NCBI RefSeq assembly: GCF_009914755.1
Contig: NC_060941.1
Reading direction: 5' to 3' (one strand)
Length of the DNA: 64,000 nucleotides
Source: the human T2T-CHM13v2.0 reference genome, Homo sapiens
Shown here one piece after another: positions 29,173 to 45,853 of the stretch (position 1 is its first letter; every line of letters starts with the position of its first letter). The notes beneath the pieces are model-generated. The model made no database searches. It was not told the origin of the DNA and worked only from the letters and a program-made list of their open reading frames with translations. Both the position numbers and the translations under genes were made by a program.

Positions 29173-32100
29173 AAACATAGGGTTTGGCATTCCCTCCAAA
29201 ACTGCAAAAGGAATCGCCACATGCTTGCCTGTGGATTGTATTCACAAGTCTTGTGGCTCTCTCTACATCCCGGCCACCAGGTGTTATTTCCTGTTTATAT
29301 ATATGACATCAAAGGTGCAGGAAGTAATGAACTTAATTGGAAGGATAAACATGTAGAAAATTAGAGGTAAATATTGACTGCATAAAACCATAAGAATAAG
29401 AATTTTGGATGATCTATCTATTATATACCTATTTATCTAACATCTATCTGTTCCTCCATCTGTAATTAAAATATATTACAGTTAGAGAACAGAGGAAAAA
29501 GTAGGAATACATGAATTTAAATTTTAATTCTTCTTAGATTGTCTCACAGCATCATTATATGATAGAAAATTTATAGGTCAATGTCTGTTAACTATAAATG
29601 TAACATTCTTAAAGTATTCAAATACATTGAATTACAGCATGAATAATATAATACAATCCAGTCAAGTTTATTTTTTCCAGGAACACAAAAATAGAGATTT
29701 CATTTGCAATTCAAAAAAAACAGAAATTGATACATATGATTGATATATATACACATTTAATGTATTTTTTAATATACATTTTTAAAAAATAGAAATTTTT
29801 CTAGGACAAATACTTAAAATATCACTGAAAATAGTGTTATTAGCTAATAACTTCCTAATAACTCTGGTATTACATAAGAAACCAAAATTAAAATTTCAGG
29901 TAAACTTAGAAACACAAAATTTTTAAAATATTATTCTGTTCTCCATATGTTCATATTTAATATTATTTCTTGTTTTCATTCTTCTTCAGTGTTGCTCTAC
30001 TGAAATATAACATACAATACTAACTTTTGATTTCTGTTCTTATTACTCAAAATTCTATACATTTTCTCATGCTCTTAATTTAGTTATGCTACTTTCCTGT
30101 ATTCTTGGAATTTTCACATTTGTGTTCACTCTCTTTTGAGTTCCCATAGTATCAAATAAACTTTTTTCCCTCTTTCTGATTTGAAGGTTCATCTTCTCAT
30201 AATTATTTTGTCCACTCAGTTTCCTTTCATTCTCAGTTAAGTGCCTCTCATCTGGCTTCTTTTCATTCATAACGTTTCCTTTCATCTTAAGCCAGTCTTT
30301 TATTTATATTTTGATACTGTTTTGTGGAGGACATGCTTCCCTGAATTTTATGGAAGAGGCCAAAAGGTTTGTTCAAGTTTTTACCTGATACATTGGATTA
30401 AATTATCAAATGTACACACTCTTACTTTAAGTCTAGGAGTGACTGTCTATTCTTGATTTTGTATAGTATTATTTTTCTTAACATCCAAGTCCATCTTCAT
30501 CTATTTGTATGTGATCAATAAAAATATATTTGTCCAGAACCCTGCTTTGGCGGAGTTACTTCTTTCTAAATAGTAGAGGTATCAGTTGAGACATGAGCTG
30601 GGTTCTGGGTCAGTTTAGAGTGCTGGGCGACATTCCTCCTTTTGGTCTGTATGACTGAATGAATGCAGTTCTTGCTGTCTCACTCCTCTCCTTAACACAT
30701 TGAGCCATTGTAGCAGATGAGAAGGAATAATCCTGATCTGCCATTCAGGTGGAACACATGTTCTCTCCAACCACACCCATAGGTTGTACTCACACTCGGC
30801 CAGAAGGTATCCTGTCAATGATATGGAGATGTATCTATATATCTAGATAGATATCTACTTTGGTTTATGCTCTCTGGTTGCCCGTAAATTATCTCCTTAA
30901 AGTGAATATCAAAAGAGAGCTTGGTGATGGCAGTGTTATAAAATCCTCAAAATGCAGCACCCACACGCAGAGGAATTTGTAGATTCTGGCATTCTAATTC
31001 AGATATCAAACTATATAAAAGGGGAATTGGTCATTGAGGGTTGCTAGGCTCTTTGTTGAGCATATTTGCTCTTTTCATGACTTTGACATTATTTTAAAAA
31101 TCTAACCTTTTTCTCAGTATGCTGCAAGATGATTTGATTTTAATGCACAAGCACTAATTCTCCCCTAGGATTTGTACAATATATTTGCTCTGACAAGCCA
31201 TAGCCAGCAACTCACTTCACAGCAATTTATAGCATTTCCACGATAAGTTGAATTATTTTTAACTAGACTCTCTTTGCCTTAATAAAAATATGAAGAAGCA
31301 ATCTACTTGTTCTAATTAGGTACAAAAGTTGGCAATCTCTCTCCTGGAAAGAATAATAAAACTTTTCAACAGCCTAATATGCATCTATAGACACACACAA
31401 ACACACGCAAGCACTATTCATAAAACTTAAAGCACATTCTGTTCTATGACTTCATTTGTCTAGCACAAAATAAAACGATCTCAGTATATGTCAAGTACCA
31501 ATTTTTTCGTATGGCCAATTATAGATATTTTATTTTTTAAAGATTAGAGTGTTCTTGAAGCTCTATTTCTTTGTCAATGAACTAAATATTTGCAAATACG
31601 TAGGGTTGCCCACATAAGAACATTATTAACATCAAAATAGAAAGCTGGTGGTAGAAATAATGATTGGGAACACAGAGTCTCTTCTCAATGTTCTAGTTCT
31701 GTCATACCATAACTTTGTGATCTCAGGAAATATCTCTCCATGTTGTCATCTCTATCTATAGTTCTGTCATTTTTCAATAAGAGCTTTTTGCTTAATGTTG
31801 AAGTACTAGTTAATATAACCATTATTTTGAGCTTCATGTAAATCAAGAATACATGGACTCCACTTGCAAAACATTGAAAATGTAGTTAGGGATTGGGGCA
31901 TAAATCAACATTTTAAAATGTGTAAAGACAATGAGTAAGCAACAAAGTGTCCAATTTTTTAGGGGAAAGTTGCATATGTCAGGAAAATGCAGGATTATGT
32001 AACAGAGAATTTGAATGATAACTGGCCAATTGGTGTCATTTACAATTGCAAGTCATACAAATGAAGTTTGCTTTTTTAAAGAGGAAAGGAGTTATTTAGA

Positions 32101-33172
32101 ATGGGTCAACCTATTGGGGAAGCAATGTAGTTAGAGACAATGCCCAAAACCATGTGAGCAAATGCTCTGTAGAGCACACCCCTGAAATGCTGCCATTGTG
32201 AGGCCAAGTCTCTCCTTGTCTTGGTACTGAGCCCTCCATTCTGCTTCCATCATTGCCACTGTAGCTGCCATAAAATGATCCCTCAACCACCGCTGCCCAG
32301 GAACAAAGAAAGAATTCTGTCCTTCCGCGCTCTCAGATCAATTTCCAACATCAGGTGAGACTTTGATGGGCACTATTCAGTTCCCATATCCATGAAATAG
32401 ATGCAGAAAAACATAGAAATTGCCTATGTGTTTCCCAATAAGACACATATGGAAGCCTGTTTTCCCACAACAGGAAGGGGTTTGCACGATGGGTGTTCAA
32501 AGGAACAATAGTCCCTGTAAACCATACTTTGCCCATATGAAGAAAAGCAATAAGGATTATTTAGTAAATAGACATGGAAACTCATCCAGGGTTGGCTGAT
32601 GAGAAGCTGGTTAGCAAGGGGTCTGCCTTCAGTTAGGACAAGGTCTGTGCTTCCCACGGGTTCTCTCCACAGCAGGAGAGATGCAAACTTCCCTTTCCTC
32701 CCCTGCACCTACCCTCCAATGGCCCAGAGGTCTTCAGGTGCTAGAATTTCTCAATTAATGCTGCACAAAATAACAGACAGCCTTGACTGTCACAGTCTGT
32801 TCTCATGAAGCTAGTCTCTGCTCACTACATAAAACAGGAGAGTAAGAACAAGGGTGTTTAATGCTACCCTAGCTCAAACATGTTTCTCTCTGTAGGATGC
32901 CAAGAACCTGGAAACCAGTGCATCTGCTGCTTTCCCTTGTCGGATTCTAGCACAGACAAAAGAGGCAAGGGGCATTTCTTCAGAGGCTTTGAGCTTCACT
33001 ACACAATGACAGAGGCTCTACATGCACCCTCTTTATATATTTCTATCTTGAAAAAAAATTTTTATATAATATTAATAATGTATATTTTTATATAATAAAC
33101 ACATATGTTTATTTTATAGATAGATATAGATATACATAGATAAAGATCTCTAGTCAGCCTTTTTTAAGGCTG

Positions 33173-33467
33173 GGCTGATCGCGGTGCCTCAAACTATAAT
33201 CCCAGCACTTTCGGAAGCCAAGGTGGCCAGATCACTTGAGTCCAGGAGTTGGAGATCAGCCAGGGCAACATGGTGAAACCCCATCTTTACAAAAATTAGC
33301 TAGTATGGTGTCATGCACCTGCATTCCCTGCTACTCAGGAAGCTGAGGTGGGAGAATCGCTTGAGCACAGTATATGAAGGCTTCAGTGAGCCCTAATCAC
33401 ATAACTGCACTCCATCTTGGGTGACAAAGTGAGACCCTCTCTCAAATAAAATAAAATAAAATAAAAA
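33173..33467 (+). mobile_element. AluJ element with (AAAAT)n tail
   Basis: Dimeric Alu; J-type motifs gatcacttgagtccaggagtt, gggcaacatgg and gtgagaccct; possible short TSD aaggct. Confidence 0.92.
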
Positions 33468-33678
33468 GGCTACCATCATACTCCCAGATAAGTGTGTCAG
33501 GTATATTTGCAGCTATCTTTCCTATATTCTATTTGGTAAAAAAAAATTGCAATGAACTCTTCTCATTCTATATTTTTGTATTAATTAGACATTTGAAGTT
33601 TATAGCAGAAGAGCTATAATCATGTTTGGTGTGTGTATTCTATAGACAAGATAGTGCAAACAGATATCAGTGCTTTTT

Positions 33679-33696
33679 AAAAGTATATAAGGTTAT
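33679..33696 (+). repeat. L1 target-site duplication, 5' copy (aaaagtatataaggttat)
   Basis: 17/18 identical to 39920-39937; preceded by ttttt, giving the TT|AAAA L1 endonuclease site. Confidence 0.9.
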
Positions 33697-34602
33697 GAGG
33701 GGAGGAGCCAATATGGCTGAATAGGTACAGCTCCGGTCTACAGCTCCCAGCATGGGCGACGCAGAAGACGGGTGATTTCTGCATTTCCATCTGAGGTACC
33801 GGGTTTATCTCTCTAGGGAGTGCCAGACAGTGGGCGCAGGTCAGTGGGTGCGCGCACCGTGCGCGAGCTGAAGCAGGTCGAGGCATTGCCTCACTTGGGA
33901 AGTGCAAGGGGTCAGGGAGTTCCCTTTCCAAGTCAAAGAAAGGGGTGATGGACGCACCTGGAAAATTGGGTCACTCCCACCTGAATATTGCTCTTTTCAG
34001 ACCGGCTTAAAAAACGGCGCACCAAGAGATTATATCCTGCAACTGGCTCGGAGGGACCTACGCCCACGTAGTCTCACTGATTGCTAGCACAGCAGTCTGA
34101 GATCAAACTGCAAGGCGGCAACGAGGCTGGGGAGGGGCGCCCGCCATTGCCCAGGCTTGCTTAGGTAAACAAAGCAGCCGGGAAGCACCAACTGGGTGGA
34201 GCCCACCACAGCTCAAGGAGGCCTGCCTGCCTCTGTAGGCTCCACCTCTGGGGGGAGGGCACAGACAAACAAAAAGACAGCAGTAACCTCTGCAGACTTA
34301 AATGTCCCTGTCTGATAGCTTTGAAGAGAGCAGTGGTTCTCCCAGCACGCAGCTGGAGATCTGAGAACGGGCAGACTGCCTCCTCAAGTGGGTCCCTGAC
34401 CCCTGAACCCTGAGCAGCCTAACTGGGAGGCACCCTCCTGCAGGGGCACACTGACACCTCTCATGGCAGGGTATTCCAACAGACCTGCAGCTGAGGGTCC
34501 TGTCTGTTAGAAGGAAAACTAACAAACAGAAAGGACACCCACACCAAAAACCCATCTGTACATCACCATCATCAAAGACCAAAAGTAGATAAAACCACAA
34601 AG
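33697..34602 (+). promoter_or_regulatory. L1 5' UTR internal promoter; YY1 site altered
   Basis: Standard L1HS/PA2 5' UTR; canonical caagatggccg reads caatatggctg at ~33709-33719. Confidence 0.75.
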
Positions 34603-35618
34603 ATGGGGAAAAAACAGAACAGAAAAACCGGAAACTCTAAAACACAGAGCGCCTCTCCTCCTCGAAAGGAACGCAGTTCCTCACCAGCAACGGAACAAAG
34701 CTGGATGGAGAATGACTTTGACGAGCTGAGAGAAGAAGGCTTCAGATGACCAAATTACCCTGAGCTACGGGAGGACATTCAAACCAAAGGCAAAGAAGTT
34801 GAAAACTTTAAAAAAATTTAGAAGAATATATAACTAGAATAACCAATACAGAGAAGAGCTTAAAGGAGCTGATGGAGCTGAAAACCAAGGCTCGAGAGCT
34901 ATGTGAAGAATGCAGAAGCCTCAGGAGCCAATGCGATCAACTGCAAGAAAGGGTATCAGCAATGGAAGATGAAATGAATGAAATGAAGTGAGAAGGGAAG
35001 TTTAGAGAAAACAGAATAAAAAGAAATGAGCAAAGCCTCCATGAAATATGGGACTATGTGAAAAGACCAAATCTACGGCTGATTGGTGTACCTGAAAGTG
35101 ATGGGGAGAATGGAACCAAGTTGGAAAACACTCTGCAGGATATTATCCAGGAGAACTTCCCCAATCTAGCAAGGAAGGCCAACGTTCAGATTCAGGAAAT
35201 TCAGAGAACGCCACAAAGATACTCCTCGAGAAGAGCAACTCCAAGACACATAATTGTCAGATTCGCCAAAGTTGAAGTGAAGGAAGAAATGTTAAGGGCA
35301 GCCAGAGAGAATGGTCGGGTTACCCTCAAAGGGAAGCCCATCAGACTAACAGCGGATCTCTCAGCAGAAACCCTACAAGCCAGAAGAGAGTGGGGGCCAA
35401 TATTCAACATTCTTAAAGAAAAGAATTTTCAACCCAGAATTTCAAATCCAGCCAAACTAAGCTTCATAAGTGAAGGAGAAATAAAATACTTTACACACAA
35501 GCAAATGCTGAGAGATTTTGTCACCATCAGGCCTGCCCTAAAAGAGCTCCTGAAGGAAGCGCTAAACATGGAAAGGAACAACAGGTACCAGCCAATGCAA
35601 AATCATGCCAAAATGTAA
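34603..35618 (+). pseudogene. L1 ORF1p, disrupted
   Basis: ATG GGG AAA AAA CAG at 34603; in-frame TGA at 34747-34749 (codon 49); 1-nt loss near 34810; C-terminal part visible as ORF 35058-35618 ending YQPMQNHAKM. Confidence 0.95.
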
Positions 35619-35657
35619 AGACCATCGAGACTAGGAAGAAACGGCATCAACTAATGA

Positions 35658-39510
<3,853 letters not shown>

Positions 39511-39756
39511 ACAATGAGATCACATGGACACCAGAAGGGGAATATCACACTCTGGGGACTGTGGTGGGGTGGGGGGATGGGGGAGGGATAGCATTGGGAG
39601 ATATACCCAATGCCAGATGACGAGTTAGTGGGTGCAGCGCACCAGCATGGCACATGTATACATATGTAACCAACCTGCACAATGTGCACACGTACCCTAA
39701 AACTTAAAGTATAATAAAAAAATAAAATAAAAATAAAATAAAAAAAAAATAAAAAA

Positions 39757-39917
39757 GTAAATAGAGTAGAAAATATTCATTTCAGGAATTAAGTGTAAGT
39801 ATTGTTTCAGAATTTTTAAAATTAGTTATGTACACATATATTTATGTGTGTGCTGGGCAATAATATAAAATGTATGTCTTAATGTAGAATAAAAATGTTT
39901 GACAGCTAAAAAAAAAA
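39757..39917 (+). other. L1 3'-transduced flank with its own poly(A) signal and tail
   Basis: ~150 bp of non-L1 sequence after the L1 tail, AATAAA at 39888-39893, A10 at 39908-39917, then the 3' TSD. Confidence 0.88.
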
Positions 39918-39919
39918 TT

Positions 39920-39937
39920 AAAAGTATATAAGATTAT
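39920..39937 (+). repeat. L1 target-site duplication, 3' copy (aaaagtatataagattat)
   Basis: 17/18 identical to 33679-33696. Confidence 0.9.
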
Positions 39938-40717
39938 TAGAAATATTTTAAACTACCTATAGGTATATATGTATGTAATTGAACTATCAAATACAAGTAA
40001 GATCTTTTCCTTAGCGTGTGAAATCCACTCAATTTATTAAAATATTTTCTAATGTCTATTACAATATTTCTTAATTAGTTAACATAAGAGGAGTTTTAAG
40101 ACATTTATTTATATTTACTTACTAGATTCAAACTCGATTCCACTATTTTCAGAAATCATACTCTGAGACAAGTCTTTTTTTATCTATGTTTCTGCCTATA
40201 TTAAAAGACAGATATGTCAATTTTGCTAATCATGCTGTTCCAAACCTCTCCATCCTGATTATTTTTCGGTTTGTTCTACCAGTCACTCAGAGACTTACTT
40301 ATATTCAAATTTCTCTCTAGGTTTAACATTTGTGTATGTCTTCTTGTGGTTTTGTCCATTTTTGCTGTATATATTTTATTGACATATATCACACATACAG
40401 AAAAGTACAATGATTAAATATGGATAGCTTGATTAATGAAACACATGTATTTGCTTATAACCATGTATGAAAATAGACAATTACTGAAAAGTGATACTTC
40501 TCCTGCCCCTTTCCAAACACTAACCCTCATCCTCAATAGTAACAGATTTTTTTTTATCATACAGTAATTTGGTCTATTTTCAAATTTTTATTAAATAAAT
40601 CAGAGTATCTACTCTATGTTTCTTTCATTGTTGTTATTTTGCTTATAGTATTTATCTGCTAATGGACATGGTAGATTAAAGACGGCTACATACACATTTG
40701 TTAATTAATAGATTTTT

Positions 40718-40854
40718 TGAGCACTTTGTGGCTCATGCCTCTAATCCCATCACTTTTGGAGGCTGAGGTGCGTGGATCATGAGGTCAGGAGATCGAGACC
40801 ATCCTGGCCAACGTGGTAAAACCCCTTCTCTACTAAAATACAAAAAATTAGCTG
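40718..40854 (+). mobile_element. Alu left monomer only (AluSc/Y-like), truncated just after the A-rich linker
   Basis: gtggctcatgcctctaatccca...ggatcatgaggtcaggagatcgagaccatcctggcc...tactaaaatacaaaaaattagctg, then unrelated sequence. Confidence 0.9.
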
Positions 40855-41004
40855 ATAGACTAACATCAAGATAACATCTGTGTTCTTAGCTGCACTGAGT
40901 CAAGCCTACTTACATCTTTGTCTTCCGCTGCACTTTTCCTTCCACATCACACTCCAGGAATGCCAAGCTGTGCTGGCCTTCACCCCATTTCCACTGTTTT
41001 GTCC

Positions 41005-42952
41005 CGGCCACAGCAGGTTTTTGTGGCTTTTTGCCCCCGCCACCGCTGCTTTCTGCCCCCGCCACCGCGGCTTTTTGTCACCCCCGCCGCGGCTGTTTGC
41101 CCCCACCGCTGCGGATTTTTGCCGCCGCCGCTGTTTGCCCCTGCTGCCAGGGCTTGTTGCCCCCGTCGCTCTGGCTTTTACCCCCATCGCCGCTGCTTTT
41201 TGCCCCCACCGCCGCAGCTTTTTGCCGCCGCGGCTTGTTGCCCCCGCTGCCCCTGCTTTTTGCCCCTGCCGCCGCGGCTTTTTCCCCTGCGGCTGCAGCT
41301 TTTTGCCCCCACCGCCGCAGCTATCTGCCCCCGTCGCCACAGCTTTTTGCCGCTGTGGCTTTTTGACCCACCGCCGCGGCTTTTGGTCCCCGCCGCCGAG
41401 GCTTTTTGCCGCCCCTGCTTTTTGCCCCGCCGCCGCGGCTTTCTGCCCCCGCCTCCGCCGCTTTTTGCCGCTATGGCTTTTTACCCCCGAAGCCACGGTT
41501 TTTGCCGTTGCCGCCGCAGATTTTTGCAACTTTTTGCCCCCGCCGCCGCGGCTTTTTGCCACCCCCACCCCGCGACTTTTTCCGCCGCGGATTTTGGCCC
41601 CCGCCGCCGCGGCTTCTTGCGGCTTTTGGCCCCCGCCACCGCGGTTTTTGCTCCCCCCGCCGCGGGTTTTGGCCGCCGGTGCTTTTTGCGCCCGCCGCCG
41701 CGGGTTTTGCCAACGCGGCTTTTTGCTTCTCGCCGCCTCCGCTTTTTGTCTCCGCCGCTGCGACTTTTTGCGCCCCGCCGCCGCGGCTTTTTGCCGCCCC
41801 TGCTTTTTCCCCCGCCGCCGCGGCTTTCTGCCCCCGTTGCCACAGCTTTTTGCCGCCGCGGCTTTTGGCCCCCGCCGTCGCGGCTTTTTGTGTTTTTTTT
41901 TTGCCCCCGCTCCCGCTGCTTTTTGCCCCAGCGACTTTTGGCCACCGCCGCCGCGGCTTTTTGCTCCCCGCCGCCGCTGCTTTTTGCCCCCGCCGCCGCG
42001 CGTTTCTGCCCCCGCCGCCGAGGCTTTTTGCCACCGCCGCCGCTGCTTTTTGCCACCGCCGCCGCTGCTTTTTTCGGCTTTTCGCCCCCGCCCCCGCGGC
42101 TTTTCGCCCCCGCCCCCGCGGCTTTTCGCGCCCACCGCCGCGGCTTTTTGCTCCCCGCCGCCGCGGTTTTCTGCCCCCGCTGCCGAGGCTTTTTGCTGCT
42201 CGGGCTTTTTGCCCCCGCCGCCGCTGCTTTTTGCGGCTTTTCGCCCCCGCGGCTTTTTACCCCGGCCGCCGCTTTTTTGTCCCCGCTGCCGCGGCTTTTT
42301 GCCCCGCCGCCGCTGCTTTTTGCGTCTTTTCACCCCCGCGGATTTTTGCGCCCCGCCACTTCGGCTTTTGCTGCCCGCCGCCGCCCCTTTTTGTCCCTGC
42401 CGCCGCGGATTTTTGCGCCCGCCGCCGCGGCTTTTTGCTCCCCATCGCCGTGGCTTTCTGCCCCGGCCGTTGTGATTTTCTGCCCCTGCCGCTGAGGCTT
42501 TTTGCCCCCGCCGCCGCTGCTTTTTGTGGCTTTTCGCCCCCGCTGCCGCGGCTTTTTGCGCTCACCGCCGCGGCTTTTTGCTCCCCGCCGCCGCGGTTTT
42601 CTGTCCCCGCCGACGAGGCTTTTTGCTGCTCGGGCTTTTTGCCCCCTGCCGCCATGGCTTTTTCCCCCAATGCCGCGACTTTTGGCGCCCGCCGCCGCTG
42701 CTTTTTGTGTTTTTTTGCCCCTGCTCCCGCTGCTTTTTGCCGCCGTGGCTTTTTCCCCCCGCCGCTGCGGCTTTTTGTGGTTTTTTGCCCCCACTCCCGG
42801 GGCTTTTTGCCCGCGCTGCCGCGCCTTTTTCCCCTGCTGCCGCGCCTTTTTGCCCCCGCCGCCGCGCCTTTTTGCCCCCTCCGCCGTGCCTTTTTCCCCC
42901 GCCGCCGCCGCCGCTTTTTGCTGCCGCAGCTTTTTACCCCCGCCGCCGCTGC
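41005..42952 (+). repeat. GC-rich pericentromeric GCTTTTTGC (CAAAAAGC on minus) tandem repeat, CpG-island-like
   Basis: Degenerate ~22-bp unit gcccccgccgccgcggcttttt with shorter variants, ~1.95 kb, very few A on +. Confidence 0.93.
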
Positions 42953-43454
42953 TCTGAGGGCGGGAGCGGCAGACTCGGCCGCCAGCTCCACTGGCGTCCT
43001 GGCAAGGGCAGCGCCGAGGGGCGCTCCTGGTCCAGCTCTCCCGCCTCGGGAGTGTATGAATGCTTTGTGTTCTGACAAAGAGAATGTAGCACCCGTGTCC
43101 TACCTGCTTGGTTGCATTGCCGGTGCCCTCGGTAGTCCATTTAATCCAGGTTTTTAGGTTTTGTTGTGTTTCGTTTTGTTTCTAACTCCGTAACTGGTAG
43201 AATTGGAAGACTTTAATAGTGCTTAACGTTTTGTACATAGCTTTATAAGTTTTCTTTTTCTTTTTTTCTGATTCTTTTCAATATACCCCATCATGGTTGA
43301 ACTCAAAGTCATTGCTTATTTAAAATCTATAACTGCTGACGTTTTGTAAGCTTCACATTCCAGATAATTGGTTTTTTGTGTGTTTTCTGTATTTTTCTCC
43401 ATCAGTCTACCTACATATTTGTTAGATTTAATATTTTAATATATTACTAGCAGT

Positions 43455-44420
43455 TACTCCCCATTTCCCCATTTTCCCAGTCCCTGGCAACCACTAGTCT
43501 ATTCTCTGTCTCTATGGACTAGCATATGCCAAATATCAAAAAAAAACGAGAATCATATGTGACCTTTTGTGTTTGGCTTCATTTATTTAGCATGTCCTGA
43601 TTCATCCATGTTGTATCTTGTGTCAGCACTTCATTGCTTTATATGCCTGAATCCCATTGCAAGAGTATACTATGTTTTGTTTATCTATTCATTAGTTGAT
43701 GGATATTTGAGTTGTGTTCATTTTTTGACTACGATTAATAATGCACTGTGATGAGATTCATGTACTCGTTTTTGTGTGGAGGTATTTTTACAATTTTCTT
43801 TATATATCTGGTAGTGGGCATATGGTAAATCTATGTTTAAATTTTTGAAAAACTTCAAAACTGTTTTCCAAAGTCTCTGTACCATTTTATATTATTACCA
43901 GCAGTGTATGGAGGTTCCATTTTTTCCTACCTCCTTGCCAACATCTGTTATTTTCCTTTTAAAAAAAAATATAGCCATCCTTGTAGATGTGAAGTGGTAT
44001 CTAGTTTTCATTTGCATATCCTTAATGACTAATGATGTTGAGAGTCTTTTCATGTGCTGATTGGCCATTTGTATATCTTTTTAGAGAAATGTTCATTTAG
44101 ATTGTTTGCTCATTTAATCGGGTTGTCTTTTTGTTATTCTAAGAATTCTTTATATATTCTGGACATTAGTTCCTCATCAGATGTATGACTTAGTAGATAT
44201 TTTCTCGCATTCTGTGGGTTCTTTTCACTTTCCTGTTGGTATCCTCTGAAGTACAAAAGTTTTGAATTTTGTTAAAGTCCAGTTTGTTTTTCCTTTTGTC
44301 ACTCTTGCATTTAGTGTTGTATCTAAGACCCATTGCCTAATTCACGGTAACAGATTTATACCTATGTTTTCTTCTACAAATTTTATAGTTTTACCCCTTA
44401 TATTTGGGTCTTTGATCCTG
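43455..44420 (-). mobile_element. L1MB-type 3' region fragment
   Basis: ccagtccctggcaaccactagtctattctctgtctctatgga...atgactaatgatgttgagagtcttttcatgtgctgattggccatttgtatatctt is antisense L1MB. Confidence 0.88.
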
Positions 44421-44619
44421 ATAGTGTTTTTTTTTTTTTTTTTTTTTTTTTTTGGTGAACAGAATTTGTTTGGGTTTTATATGAAAACCCACTGGGGCTA
44501 TTAAGGTAGTTTTACTATATTATCTTTAGAAGTTTTATGGTTTTGCTTCTCATCTTATTCTTAATCCACTGGAAACTACATGTTGTATAGTCAGTGTTCA
44601 TTTATATTTACTCACATTA

Positions 44620-45450
44620 TTTGTCTTCTTACGTACTCACCATTTCTTCTCGCAACTCATGTCTTCCATCTAGGGGAACACCCTTCTACTGAAAAACATC
44701 TCTTAGAATTTCCTTTAGTGAAGGTCTCTTAGTTAGCAAATTTAGTATTTGTTTGGTTTTTATGACTTAAATATTGTCTTATATTTGGCCTGTTTATTAC
44801 AAGATATATTAATTTCATATGTGATTATTTTTTCTTAGTACATTGTCTTCTTGCTTCCATTTTAAGACATTAGCTCTTGGTCTAAATCCATATTCTTTCA
44901 TGGATAATGTGAATTTTTTCTCTGGTTGTTTTCAATGTATTCTTTTCTTCAGGGTTCCGTTATTTTTATGATGATACATTTAGGTATTTTTTTTCCTTTT
45001 AAATCTGTCCAACTTGAGCTTCCTGAATATGAAGGGTGGAATTTTTCATCACTTTGGGAAAATTCCAAGCCATTATCTTTTTTACAAAACCTTTCTAAGA
45101 GTTTATTGTTCTACTTCTGAAATCCTGTTAGTTGTAATGTCTTATCACTCTTGTCTTCCATGTCTCTTGTTTCTTTCTTATTTTTTACTTCTTTGGGCTT
45201 CCTTCTGAGCAATTTCTTCAGCCTATCTTCCAGTTTACATTTTCCTTTTCAATTATATGTAATCTGCTGTCAAATCTGTCTTCAATTTCAACAATTATGT
45301 TTTTATTTCTGGAATTTCTGTTTGGCTCCTTCTCAAATCTTCTTGGTCATTTTTTAAAAAAATTTTTTTTTCTTTCATTGAGTTGTATTAAATTTTCATT
45401 ATATGCCCAACAATTCTAATTAAGTCTTTATTGGTTTGATTTTGCTGAGT
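44620..45450 (-). mobile_element. Ancient L1ME-like fragment
   Basis: gaatttcctttagtgaaggtct and tttcatcactttgggaaaattccaagccattatctt motifs; boundaries approximate. Confidence 0.55.
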
Positions 45451-45649
45451 CTCTTTTCTTTTGTCTTTATTTTCTTTACTTGTACAATGTTAATAATCTA
45501 GTAATAACACCAACTAAATCACATGATTGTTTTATGAATTGAGATAATGAATATATGGCATAATATCTGGTACATAGTAAATGTACATGCAATCCATTAT
45601 AATAATTAGAAATAATGAAATATAATGTATGATTATTAGGAAATGTACC

Positions 45650-45853
45650 AGAGCCACAAATTTTATTGAGCGATATAAAAGACAACTAGAGAAAACAAAG
45701 AAATATGCCATAGCTGGATGGAAACAGTAATAATAATGTTGCGTGTTCATCTTAGACTAAATCATGTCTCATACAATTTCAATAAAATTCCAATTAAATT
45801 TATTTCTAAATCATGGCAAATACATTGTAAATTTTATGTAAAAGAACAAACAG
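45650..45853 (+). mobile_element. Ancient L1 ORF2 fragment
   Basis: ORF 45718 has YNFNKIPIKF...HCKFYVKEQ, similar to L1 ORF2 YRFNAIPIK...LKFIWNQK. Confidence 0.55.

Noticed and set aside
40880-43157. 475-583-aa Pro/Ala/Arg/Lys-rich ORFs in several frames on both strands
   Set aside because: Stop codons are rare because of the repeat's skewed composition; simultaneous open frames indicate an artefact.
43053-43450. 3'-UTR-like or exon-like unique sequence
   Set aside because: Could not assign it to a gene; no ORF or clear splice or poly(A) signals.
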